A stretch of 33,964 bases of DNA from positions 1 to 33,964 of the IMG/VR virus record IMGVR_UViG_3300037462_000204. One strand, 5' to 3'. A program made the position numbers and the translations under genes. The stretch is from a virus (taxonomy: Duplodnaviria > Caudoviricetes). Positions 7,607 through 15,469 of this stretch are shown here, piece by piece (positions within the stretch are counted from its first letter, which is position 1; the number at the start of each line of letters is the position of its first letter). The notes beneath the pieces were generated by a model, which was not told where the DNA came from, did not search any database, and saw only the letters and a list, made by a program, of their open reading frames with translations.

Positions 7607-8094
7607 CCGCCCCGCGCCGCAAGGCCTTCCCGACGCCGACGCCCGAGCAGGAGGCCCACGCGATCCGCCTCGCGAACCGGGGCGAGCCCTACAGCGCCAT
7701 CTGCGCCGAGGTGGGCATCACGGACAAGCAGGCCCGCCGGATCGTCTCCCGCGCCGGGCTCGATGCGCAGGCCCGCCAGCGCCAGAAGAAGGGGCAGGCG
7801 GTCCAGTGGACCGACGCCATGCTGGAGGAAGTCCAGCAGCGGTGGGAGGACGGCGAGACCGTTCTCCAGATCGCCGAGGCCATGGATCTCCCGGAGGGCG
7901 CCGTGGAGGGCAAGCGCGTCATCCTCGGGCTCTACCGCGACGACCCGATCACGCTCGCCCGCCTCGCCCGCCCTGACGGCAAGCACCGCGCAGCCGCGCT
8001 GGCCCGGCTCGGACTCGATCCCGAGGACGCCGCCCGTTTCCCGCGCCGCATCGCGCTCGTCGCTGCGGCCATCGCCATGGAGCAGGCCCGATGA
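7603..8094 (+). CDS. double-HTH protein with a GcrA-N-terminal-like domain
   Basis: Second HTH reads WTDAMLEEVQQRWEDGETVLQIAEAMDLPEGAVEGKRVILGL, which follows the GcrA pattern WT.....L...W..G.S..QIA..L.....AV.GK...LGL. Confidence 0.65.
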   Translation: MTAPRRKAFPTPTPEQEAHAIRLANRGEPYSAICAEVGITDKQARRIVSRAGLDAQARQRQKKGQAVQWTDAMLEEVQQRWEDGETVLQIAEAMDLPEGAVEGKRVILGLYRDDPITLARLARPDGKHRAAALARLGLDPEDAARFPRRIALVAAAIAMEQAR

Positions 8095-8282
8095 CCCGCG
8101 GCCCGAAGCCCAAGCCCCGCCCCCGCGGCGAGCTGCTGGCGGCCGTGCGCCGCCTCTGGCTGCACACGACGACGCCCGGCCCGGTGATCCTGCGCATCCT
8201 CGCCAGCCGGGGCTACAGCCTGAACCGCGAGAACTTGCGCCACGACTTCGGGCCGCGGCAGGCCGGAGGGAGGAAGCCATGA
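8091..8282 (+). CDS. small basic hypothetical protein
   Basis: ATGA-coupled to both neighbours. Confidence 0.6.
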   Translation: MTRGPKPKPRPRGELLAAVRRLWLHTTTPGPVILRILASRGYSLNRENLRHDFGPRQAGGRKP

Positions 8283-8365
8283 GGGCTGCGGCGTGGCTGA
8301 TCGGGCTCGCCTTCTCGCTCGCGGTCTGGGCGACGGCCGCGCATCTGCTGTGGTGGTGGGCGTGA
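8279..8365 (+). CDS. 28-aa membrane peptide
   Basis: GGAGG RBS. MRAAAWLIGLAFSLAVWATAAHLLWWWA. Coupled on both sides. Confidence 0.55.
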   Translation: MRAAAWLIGLAFSLAVWATAAHLLWWWA

Positions 8366-8802
8366 TGCCGGCGCTCCCGTCTTGTCCCGCCGCCGCGCTG
8401 CTGATGCGCGCCGCGCACCGCTACGGCGTCGGCGCGCTCGCGCAGGACGCGCGCATGTCGCCGGAGCGCATCCGCGCCATCGGCGCCCGCGGGTGGTCCC
8501 TCGACGCGCTCACGGCGCGAGAGCTGCTGACGCTCTGCGGGCTCATGGAAATCGACCCGCGCGACGTGGCCGATGCGGAGCTACAGGGGCGCGTCGCGCA
8601 CCGCTACGGCGTCGGCGCGCTCGCGCAGGACGCGCGCATGTCGCCGGAGCGCATCCGCGCCATCGGCGCCCGCGGGTGGTCCCTCGACGCGCTCACGGCG
8701 CGAGAGCTGCTGACGCTCTACGGGCTCATGGAAATCGACCCGCGCGACGTGGCCGATGCGGAGCTACAGGGGCGCGTCGTCAGCATCAGGGGGCGGGGGT
8801 GA
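8365..8802 (+). CDS. XRE/HTH-like protein with an exact internal 61-aa duplication
   Basis: TGATG coupling. Two copies of AHRYGVGALAQDARMSPERIRAIGARGWSLDALTARELLTL(C/Y)GLMEIDPRDVADAELQGRV. Confidence 0.65.
   Translation: MPALPSCPAAALLMRAAHRYGVGALAQDARMSPERIRAIGARGWSLDALTARELLTLCGLMEIDPRDVADAELQGRVAHRYGVGALAQDARMSPERIRAIGARGWSLDALTARELLTLYGLMEIDPRDVADAELQGRVVSIRGRG
8412..8779. repeat. 183-bp tandem duplication with one mismatch
   Basis: 8412-8594 versus 8595-8777. The only difference seen is G8537 versus A8720. Confidence 0.95.
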
Positions 8803-8981
8803 TGCCGGCGGGGTGGCCTAAGGGCAAGCCTAAGCCGCGCGAGCAGCAGGAGCGCGAGATGCGCACTCGGCGGCTCAAGGCGACGCTGACGGAGGCGCAG
8901 CAGCGCCGCTTCGACGTGCTGCGCCATCAGGGCGCGACGGTCGATGAGGCGTTCGCCGCCGTGACGGGGTGGCGGCCGTGA
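8802..8981 (+). CDS. small hypothetical protein (59 aa)
   Basis: TGATG coupling. Starts MPAGWPKGKPK. Confidence 0.6.
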   Translation: MPAGWPKGKPKPREQQEREMRTRRLKATLTEAQQRRFDVLRHQGATVDEAFAAVTGWRP

Positions 8982-9211
8982 CCGCCCGCCCGGAAAAGTT
9001 GCCAAAGGCCACGGCGGGCGCGCGCGAGCCCATAGCCGGCCGCCTGGGCGTGATCGTCATGGCCACCCGCGCGGACGGCACGACGCAGGGCCGCCACCTG
9101 CCGACCAAGGAGGGGATGGAGCTTTTCGAGACCATCAAGGCGAAGCCGGGGCCGTATGTGCGCGTCGCGGTCGCGACGGTGTTTCAGGAGGAGGGGCTTC
9201 CCCATGCCTGA
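8978..9211 (+). CDS. small hypothetical protein (77 aa)
   Basis: GTGA overlap with the upstream stop. Confidence 0.55.
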   Translation: MTARPEKLPKATAGAREPIAGRLGVIVMATRADGTTQGRHLPTKEGMELFETIKAKPGPYVRVAVATVFQEEGLPHA

Positions 9212-9989
9212 GCGCCTGATCGCCGCCGAGGGGCGCGTCGAGATCATCGTCGGCGACTGCCGGGACGTGATGCGGGACATGGCTCCCGACAGCATCGACG
9301 CCGTTGTGACAGACCCGCCGTATCAGCAGACCTCTCTAGCCTGGGACCGATGGCAAGAGGGCTGGCCAAACTTGGCGGCGCGCGTCTTGAAGCCCACCGG
9401 CTCCATGTGGGTGTTCGGCTCACTGCGCATGTTCACCGACCGATGGAGCGACTTCGACGCGTTCCAGCTTGCGCAGGATGTCATCTGGGAAAAGCACAAC
9501 GGCTCCTCGTTCCACGCGGATCGGTTCAGGCGGGTGCATGAGCAGGCCGCGCACTTCTACCGCGCTGGCGCGAAGTTTTCGGATGTTTATCGCAAGATCG
9601 TGACGACAGCCGACGCGACGAAGCGCACGACCCGAAGAAAAAAGCGCCCGGCCCACATGGGGCATATTGAGGCCGGGGCCTACACGTCTGAGGACGGCGG
9701 CCCACGAATGGCCCGCAGCGTCATCTTCTGCCGCTCCGAGCACGGGCGCGCGGTTCACCCCACACAGAAGCCGGTCGGCGTCGTGGCCCCGCTGGTAGAG
9801 CACTCCTGCCCGCCCGGCGGCGTCCTTCTCGACCCGTTCGGAGGCAGCGGGACAACGGCGCTGGCGGCGCAGCACGCCGGCCGGGTGATCCTGATCGAGG
9901 CGTGCCGGGACTATGCCTTAGCCGCTCAAGACCGCATTGAGCGCGAGCGGACGGCTGGCCCCCTGTTCGCGGGAGGCCCCCATGCCTGA
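9204..9989 (+). CDS. beta-class N6-adenine/N4-cytosine DNA methyltransferase (orphan)
   Basis: GGAGGAGG RBS. Motif IV TDPPY comes before HPTQKP and motif I LDPFGGSGTT. No adjacent restriction enzyme. Confidence 0.92.
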   Translation: MPERLIAAEGRVEIIVGDCRDVMRDMAPDSIDAVVTDPPYQQTSLAWDRWQEGWPNLAARVLKPTGSMWVFGSLRMFTDRWSDFDAFQLAQDVIWEKHNGSSFHADRFRRVHEQAAHFYRAGAKFSDVYRKIVTTADATKRTTRRKKRPAHMGHIEAGAYTSEDGGPRMARSVIFCRSEHGRAVHPTQKPVGVVAPLVEHSCPPGGVLLDPFGGSGTTALAAQHAGRVILIEACRDYALAAQDRIERERTAGPLFAGGPHA

Positions 9990-10317
9990 CTCCATCGCCC
10001 TCCGCGCCGCGCGCGCCGCCGGCGAAGTTTGCCATCGCCTCGGGCTGGACGAGGACGTGGAGGCCGCCGTCGCGCTGGCCGTGGTGATCGCCGCCCAGCC
10101 GCAGCCCATCGAGCGCCTGACAGAGGCGCAGACCCGCATCGTGCGCGTGCTGGAGGCCGCCCACGGCCGGTGCGTCACGCTCGGCCAACTCATCGAGGCG
10201 TCGGGCGCCGCCGATAGCTCGGCCATCGTCCATCTCACCCGCATCCGTCAGCGCCGCCCCGACATCGGCGCGCGCATCGAGACGGTCTGGGGGAAGGGCT
10301 ACAGGTGGCGGCCGTGA
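9982..10317 (+). CDS. stand-alone OmpR/PhoB-type winged-helix DNA-binding protein
   Basis: LTEAQTRIVRVL...VT..QL...IVHLTRIRQR...IETVWGKGYRW. No receiver domain. Confidence 0.78.
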   Translation: MPDSIALRAARAAGEVCHRLGLDEDVEAAVALAVVIAAQPQPIERLTEAQTRIVRVLEAAHGRCVTLGQLIEASGAADSSAIVHLTRIRQRRPDIGARIETVWGKGYRWRP

Positions 10318-10499
10318 GCGCGCGCCCCGACCCGCTCGCCGACATCCCGGACGCCGACATTCTGGCGGCGCTGGCGGCCATGGACGCGGGCGAGTCCTCG
10401 AAGCAGGCCGCCGCCCGGATCGGGGCTCCGCGCGGGGCGCTGCTGGATCTGTGGTGCGAGATCGAGGCCGAGCGGAAGCGGGAGGCCCCGTCATGCTGA
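10314..10499 (+). CDS. small HTH-like hypothetical protein
   Basis: GTGA coupling. GESSKQAAARIGAPRGALLDLW. Confidence 0.55.
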   Translation: MSARPDPLADIPDADILAALAAMDAGESSKQAAARIGAPRGALLDLWCEIEAERKREAPSC

Positions 10500-10801
10500 C
10501 CGTCTCCCGCCACGCCCACGAGCGCCTTCAGGAGCGGTTCGGCTGGCCCGGCACGGCCGACGACGCGGCACGCGCGCTCGCCCGCCTGGAGCCCGTCCAG
10601 TTGGCGCTCGCCATCGCCCGCGACATGCGCGCCGCGTGGTTCCTCACGCTCCCCGACATGGGCGTGGAGCTGCGCTTCCACGGGCGCACGCTCATGACCG
10701 TGATCGACTTCGACGGCCGCCGGGCGGCGCCCATGCCGCGCAGGCGGATGGCCACCAGCGGGCGGCGCGTGGCCCGGCGCGGAGGGCCGCGCGATGAGTG
10801 A
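10493..10801 (+). CDS. hypothetical protein (S.HA.ERL.ER...TVI motif)
   Basis: GGAGG RBS. Starts MLTVSRHAHERLQERFGW. Confidence 0.65.
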   Translation: MLTVSRHAHERLQERFGWPGTADDAARALARLEPVQLALAIARDMRAAWFLTLPDMGVELRFHGRTLMTVIDFDGRRAAPMPRRRMATSGRRVARRGGPRDE

Positions 10802-10925
10802 CCCCCGCCCCGTGGAGCCGCCGCGCTCCCCCGACACATGGCGCAGCCTCGGAGAGGTGGCGCGCGCGCTCGTGCGCAAGATGCAGGAGGAGCGCGATGC
10901 AGACCGCCGCAGAAGCGACGACTGA
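10794..10925 (+). CDS. 43-aa hypothetical protein (WRSLGEVARALV)
   Basis: GGAGGG RBS. Overlaps the upstream stop and the dnaB start. Confidence 0.5.
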   Translation: MSDPRPVEPPRSPDTWRSLGEVARALVRKMQEERDADRRRSDD

Positions 10926-12315
10926 CGCCCGCACGGCGCTTGAGCCCGTCGAAGCCGAGCAAGCCCTGATCGGCGCGGCGCTCGTCAACGGCGACGTGAT
11001 CGAGCGCGTCGCCCGGCATGTCACGGCCGACGACTTCCATGATCCGGTCCACGCCCGCATCTGGGCGCTCTGCTGCGCGCGCCAGCAGTCTGGCGACCTT
11101 GTGGCCCCGTCGCTTCTCGCCCCGTTCCTGCGCGACGACGAGGGCTTGGCCAAGCTGGGCGGCCCGGCCTACCTCGCGCGGCTCGCCGGGGCCGCCGTCT
11201 CGATCTTCTCGGCGCCGGACTACGCCCGCGCCATCGCCCAGGCCGCCGCCCGCCGCCGCCTGATCGGCATCGCCGAGCGCGGCATCGAGCGCGCCAAGGA
11301 TCCAGCCACGCCCCCGGAAACGGCCGCCGCCGCCATGGAGGGCGAGATGCTGGCGTTCGAGCCGCCTTCCGGCGCGCCTCGGGATGCGTGGATCGCCGCC
11401 TCCGTCGCCGCCTCCATGGAGGCCGTGTGGGCCGCCTACCACGGCGAAGGGACGGCCGGCGTCGGAACGGGCTTGCCGTCGCTGGACGACATGACGGGCG
11501 GCTGGCGCGGCGGGCGGCTCATCGTGCTGGCCGGGCGGCCCGGCATGGGCAAGAGCGCCGTGGCCCTGTTCTTCGCCTGGGCCGCCGCCAGCCGCGGGCG
11601 CGGCGTCCAGTTCTCCAGCCTCGAAATGTCGGAGGCCGAAGTGTCGGCGCGGCTCGTATCGCTCCAGACATGGCGGCTCGGCCAGCCCGTCGAATACGAG
11701 CGCATCATGCGCGGCACCTTCGGCGAGCACGAGGGCGAGGTGGTCGCCCGCGCCGCTGCTGACGTGGCCGAGCTTCCGATCCGCATCTCCGGGCCGCTGA
11801 TCCGGGACCTGGGCGGGATCGCCGCCGCCGCGAAGCGCAGCCGCAACCTCATGGCCGCCCGCGGCCTGACGCTCGACCTGATCGTGCTCGACTATCTCGG
11901 GCTGATCCGCCCGCCGCGCGAGCGACAGAGCAAGGTGCATGAGGTGGGCGACGTGACCGCCGGCCTGAAGCTGATGGCCCGCACGCTCGACACCCCCGTC
12001 ATCGTGCTGGCGCAGCTCAACCGCGGCGTCGAGCAGCGGGAGGACAAGCGACCGAACATCAGCGACCTCCGCGACAGCGGCGACATCGAGCAGGACGCCG
12101 ACCAGATTCTGTTCCCCTACCGCCACGAATACTACCTCGCGCGCGAGAAGCCTCAGAACGGCTCCCCCGCCGACATGGCGGATTGGGAAGCCGAGATGGC
12201 GAAGCACCGCGACCTCATGGAGATCGACGTGGCGAAGAATCGCCACGGGCGCACCGGGCGCGTCCGCTGCGTCTGCATGATCCGCGCGAACGCCATCGCG
12301 GAGATCGCGCTGTGA
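10897..12315 (+). CDS. dnaB: DnaB-family replicative helicase
   Basis: EAEQALIGAAL N-domain, Walker A AGRPGMGKS, SLEMS, IVLDYL, AQLNRGVEQREDKRP..SDLRDSGDIEQDAD and KNRHG. AGGAGG RBS before MQTAAE. Confidence 0.95.
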   Translation: MQTAAEATTDARTALEPVEAEQALIGAALVNGDVIERVARHVTADDFHDPVHARIWALCCARQQSGDLVAPSLLAPFLRDDEGLAKLGGPAYLARLAGAAVSIFSAPDYARAIAQAAARRRLIGIAERGIERAKDPATPPETAAAAMEGEMLAFEPPSGAPRDAWIAASVAASMEAVWAAYHGEGTAGVGTGLPSLDDMTGGWRGGRLIVLAGRPGMGKSAVALFFAWAAASRGRGVQFSSLEMSEAEVSARLVSLQTWRLGQPVEYERIMRGTFGEHEGEVVARAAADVAELPIRISGPLIRDLGGIAAAAKRSRNLMAARGLTLDLIVLDYLGLIRPPRERQSKVHEVGDVTAGLKLMARTLDTPVIVLAQLNRGVEQREDKRPNISDLRDSGDIEQDADQILFPYRHEYYLAREKPQNGSPADMADWEAEMAKHRDLMEIDVAKNRHGRTGRVRCVCMIRANAIAEIAL

Positions 12316-12692
12316 GCATCAAGGTGTGCGAGCCGGAGCAGATGGGCCCGTGCGTCCTGTGCGCAGAACGGCGAGCCTTTTATAAGGGTTACGGGCCGGA
12401 GTTCGGCGTTTGCTGCGCATGCGCAGAGTCCATCGCTAATCTCTACTCGCTGGTGCATTCGGGCGAGCCTTTGTTCGAGGCTCCTAGCGCGGGGGCCAAT
12501 GCCAAGCCGGTCCCCACGGCTCTGCGCTGGCGCGTCCTGCGCGAAGCCGGGTTTGCCTGTCAGGCGTGCGGCGAGCGCGAGCGGCCCCTTCACGTCGATC
12601 ACATCGTGTCGCGAGCCAAGGGCGGCGGTAACGAGCCGGGAAACCTTCAGGCGCTGTGCGACAGGTGCAACCTCAAGAAGGGGGCATCATGA
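12312..12692 (+). CDS. HNH endonuclease with an extra N-terminal Zn-finger
   Basis: CQACG...LHVDHIVSRAKGGGNEPGNLQALCDRCN. N-terminal CxxC...CxxC. Coupled on both sides. Confidence 0.88.
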   Translation: MSIKVCEPEQMGPCVLCAERRAFYKGYGPEFGVCCACAESIANLYSLVHSGEPLFEAPSAGANAKPVPTALRWRVLREAGFACQACGERERPLHVDHIVSRAKGGGNEPGNLQALCDRCNLKKGAS

Positions 12693-13546
12693 GCCGCCTC
12701 GTCGCGACATTGGTCTACAGCAAGCGCGTCGGCTCGATGGCCCGCAAGGCCGTGCTGGCCTACTGCGCCGACCGCGCCAGCGATGACGGAACGGGCATCT
12801 GGTGCTCCAAGGTCCGCATCGCTGAGGAAGTCGAGTGCAGCAAGCAGACCGTCATCGACACCCTGCGCGCGCTCGTCGCCGAGGGGCTAATGTCGGAGGT
12901 TGGCCGGCGGAAGTGCGTGAGCGGATTCACGGTCGAATATGCGCTGAACCTGTCCGCGATCCGCGCTCTGCCCGATGTGCGGGAAGGCGAAAGCGGTCCA
13001 AATCTGGACCCCATGGGGTCTACTTCTGGACCGGTCCAGATTTTGACCGGTCAAGCCACTGGACCCCATGGGGTCAACCAGCTTGACCCAAACCGTCCTA
13101 GAACCGTCCTAAGAGAAGAAAGATCTCTATCACCACCACCACCTGCTCCCAGCCCCGCGCGTGAGCCCGTGGTCGTGGCCGACGCTGACGCGATCACGCT
13201 CACGGACCAGATCGCCGACGCGCTCGGCGCGGACCCGTCCAAGCACCCCCATTGGGCGACCGGGGCGCTCGTCGTCGCCCGATGGATCGCAGCAGGCGTG
13301 AAGCCAGCGACGGCCATCGCCGCCGCCAAGGCCGAGCGCATCAGGCGGGACGGCAAGGGCCACGCCCCCCCCAACGGACCGGCCTACCTCGAACAGGCCG
13401 TCATGCGGCTGCACGCCGAGGCGGCGGCGCCTGTCGCCCGCATCGCCCCGCCCAAGCCGCAGGCCCCGACCCGCTCACGCGCCGGGCCGGGCCTGACCCC
13501 TGAGGAGCAAGCCATCCGAGACCGTCTCGCTGGAGGATACCGATGA
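12689..13546 (+). CDS. phage replication initiator (N-terminal HTH, lambda-O-like organisation)
   Basis: KAVLAYCADRASDDG.GIW.S..RIAEEVECSKQTV...LRAL..EGL, with an internal iteron array. Confidence 0.85.
   Translation: MSRLVATLVYSKRVGSMARKAVLAYCADRASDDGTGIWCSKVRIAEEVECSKQTVIDTLRALVAEGLMSEVGRRKCVSGFTVEYALNLSAIRALPDVREGESGPNLDPMGSTSGPVQILTGQATGPHGVNQLDPNRPRTVLREERSLSPPPPAPSPAREPVVVADADAITLTDQIADALGADPSKHPHWATGALVVARWIAAGVKPATAIAAAKAERIRRDGKGHAPPNGPAYLEQAVMRLHAEAAAPVARIAPPKPQAPTRSRAGPGLTPEEQAIRDRLAGGYR
12995..13130. promoter_or_regulatory. probable replication origin: five palindromic iterons plus an A-rich tract
   Basis: GGTCNA-N4/5-TNGACC at 12995, 13017, 13033, 13049 and 13072, then AACCGTCCTA twice and AAGAGAAGAAAGA. 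Confidence 0.8.
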
Positions 13547-13610
13547 TCCCGCCCCGCCCCCTCACGATCCGCCAGATCGGGCTGCACAGCCTCGTCGCAG
13601 GAAAACGCTC

Positions 13611-14426
13611 ATGACCCGCCGCCGCGCCCGCACCCTCGACGCCCGCCAGCGCGTCGAACTCGCCGTCGTGACATGGATGCTGGCGGGCTGCGGCCCCGAC
13701 GACGCGCTCCGCCGCGCGCAGGCCGCGGACCGGCACAGCCGACGCGACCTGTCCGATGTGTGGCGCGCCATCACGGTGCGCGGCCCCGCCATCCTCGCCG
13801 AGATCGCCCGTCGGATCGGCGCAGACCCCGACAGGCTCGGCGGCCAGTGGACCGTGGCGCGCCTCCTCCACGCCGAGCGCATCCGCGAGGTGCTGGCCGA
13901 AATCCGACGGCGCGACGCCAGCCGCGATCGCGTCGCGCTCCCCGGCGCCGTGACGCCGGAGCGCGCCAGGCACGGCCGCATCCGCGAGGGGCGCGCCGTC
14001 GACCCGGAGAACGAGAAGCGCACCGTCAAGGTGCTCGTGGACGACGCAGGGACCGCGCTGCGCGCCGCCCATGTCCGCGACCGACTGACGGCCTCACAGC
14101 TCGCCGCCGGCGAGCGGCTGGCCGAGTGCATCTGGCTCGGCATGGCCAGCGGCTCCGGCCGCAGCGCGTTCGTGTGGCTCCCGCGCGGCACGACCGAGAC
14201 CGAAGCCGAGTGGCGCATCCGCGCGGCCGTGGAGCTTCGCCGCGTCAAGGGGGCCATCGTCGCCGCCTCCGGCCACGACGCATGGGCGATCGTGCAGGAC
14301 GTCGCGGGCTATGACGCCCCCATCGGCGACTGCCGCCCGAAGTACCGCCGCTACCGGCTGCTGTGCGCAGGGCTCGACGCCGCCGCCGAGCACTATGAGC
14401 GCGCCGGCCAGATCGAGGCCGCGTGA
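13611..14426 (+). CDS. DUF6456-like protein, putative late-gene regulator/antiterminator
   Basis: C-terminal LTASQLAAGERL...LLCAGLDAAAEHY. Sits in the Q-gene position between replication and packaging genes. Confidence 0.6.
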   Translation: MTRRRARTLDARQRVELAVVTWMLAGCGPDDALRRAQAADRHSRRDLSDVWRAITVRGPAILAEIARRIGADPDRLGGQWTVARLLHAERIREVLAEIRRRDASRDRVALPGAVTPERARHGRIREGRAVDPENEKRTVKVLVDDAGTALRAAHVRDRLTASQLAAGERLAECIWLGMASGSGRSAFVWLPRGTTETEAEWRIRAAVELRRVKGAIVAASGHDAWAIVQDVAGYDAPIGDCRPKYRRYRLLCAGLDAAAEHYERAGQIEAA

Positions 14427-14482
14427 GGCCGCTGGGCGCGCTGGGGCTTCGCAGGACGGGCAAGTCGGGGTTGGCAGGTGTC

Positions 14483-14833
14483 ATGAAGGGGGAAAACGAC
14501 TCTGACCCTCAGCGGCGCTCTAATCGGCGCTGGCGAGGCGGAGCGATTGACCCCTTGGCCTCCCCGCGCGCGCGAAAAACGTCGACCAAGGTCGCGCGCT
14601 ACCGGGCGAAGCTGGCTGCGAAGGGCATCCGGGCGCTCCCGCCCGATCTCATGGCCGAGCTGCTCGACCACCTGCGGCCCGCGCAGACGCCCGCAGCGCC
14701 CGCGCCCGACCCTGAGCCGCCCCACCCCGAGGCCGCCGCCTTGGGCCGCGCCAGCGCCCTCAGCGACCGCCGCCCGACCGCCTGGGGCGAGGCGCACCAC
14801 GGCGAGATGACCGGCGCGTGGTGGGGGCGGTGA
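14483..14833 (+). CDS. hypothetical protein (start uncertain)
   Basis: ORF fills the gap before the late promoter. Alternative TTG start near 14555. Confidence 0.4.
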   Translation: MKGENDSDPQRRSNRRWRGGAIDPLASPRARKTSTKVARYRAKLAAKGIRALPPDLMAELLDHLRPAQTPAAPAPDPEPPHPEAAALGRASALSDRRPTAWGEAHHGEMTGAWWGR

Positions 14834-14873
14834 TCCTCTCCGAAGGTCGCACGGCCCCGATTACGACCCCCGG

Positions 14874-14960
14874 TTGCGCCTGACGACCTATTCGGGTATC
14901 TCTGAGCCATGGTCGCGAAGCGCGCCCGGCGGGTAGCCCCCTCCGGGCGCTTCGCATTTC
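14874..14960 (+). promoter_or_regulatory. late promoter followed by a hairpin (pR'/tR'-like)
   Basis: TTGCGC(14874-14879)-N17-TATCTC(14897-14902), then stem GCGAAGCG..CCCGG...CCGGGCGCTTCGC and ATTT before the terS RBS. Confidence 0.55.
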
Positions 14961-14989
14961 AGGGGCCGCGACGCGCTAGGAGGCGACCC

Positions 14990-15469
14990 ATGGCGCGCAA
15001 GCCCAAACCTGGCACGGCACCGGCGGCGGCTCCGAAACCGAGCGAGACCCCGCGCATGCGCCTTGACGCCATGGGGACTGACGGCCTGATCGAGCGCATC
15101 GTCGCCGGCCAAGCTCTGCGCGACATCGCGCGGGACTGCGGCGCGCATCTCTACTCGATGCAGGTCTGGATCGCGGGCGAACCCGAGCGCAAGGCGCGCT
15201 ACGACGCCGCCATGAAGCTCAGCGCCGACTGGCACGCGGAGCAGGCGACAGCCGTGATCGAGGCGCTGGGGGCCGGCGCGACTAAAGCCGATGTGGCCCG
15301 CGCCCGCGAGCTGGCGCAGCAGCACCGCTGGCTCGCGAAGATGCGCGACCAGAGCCGGTACGGCGACAAGCTGGCCGTCGATCACAACGTCACGCCCGAC
15401 GCGGCCGAGGCGCTGGGCGAGCTCCGCGCGCTGTTCGGGATCAAGACGGATGGCGCGAAACCGGCCTAG
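14990..15469 (+). CDS. terS: terminase small subunit (Sf6 gp1-like)
   Basis: AGGAGG RBS. LIERIVAGQALRDIA...W...YDAA and DVARARELAQQHRWLAKMRDQSRYGDK. Confidence 0.82.
   Translation: MARKPKPGTAPAAAPKPSETPRMRLDAMGTDGLIERIVAGQALRDIARDCGAHLYSMQVWIAGEPERKARYDAAMKLSADWHAEQATAVIEALGAGATKADVARARELAQQHRWLAKMRDQSRYGDKLAVDHNVTPDAAEALGELRALFGIKTDGAKPA

Noticed and set aside
8412-8779. 183-bp pair as DGR template/variable repeats (the mismatch is at an A)
   Set aside because: There is only one mismatch, the copies are tandem and both coding, and no reverse transcriptase or Avd gene is in the window.
13543-13614. 23-codon ORF coupling the initiator to the DUF6456-like gene
   Set aside because: ATGA overlaps at both ends are suggestive, but it is too short and featureless to support as a gene.
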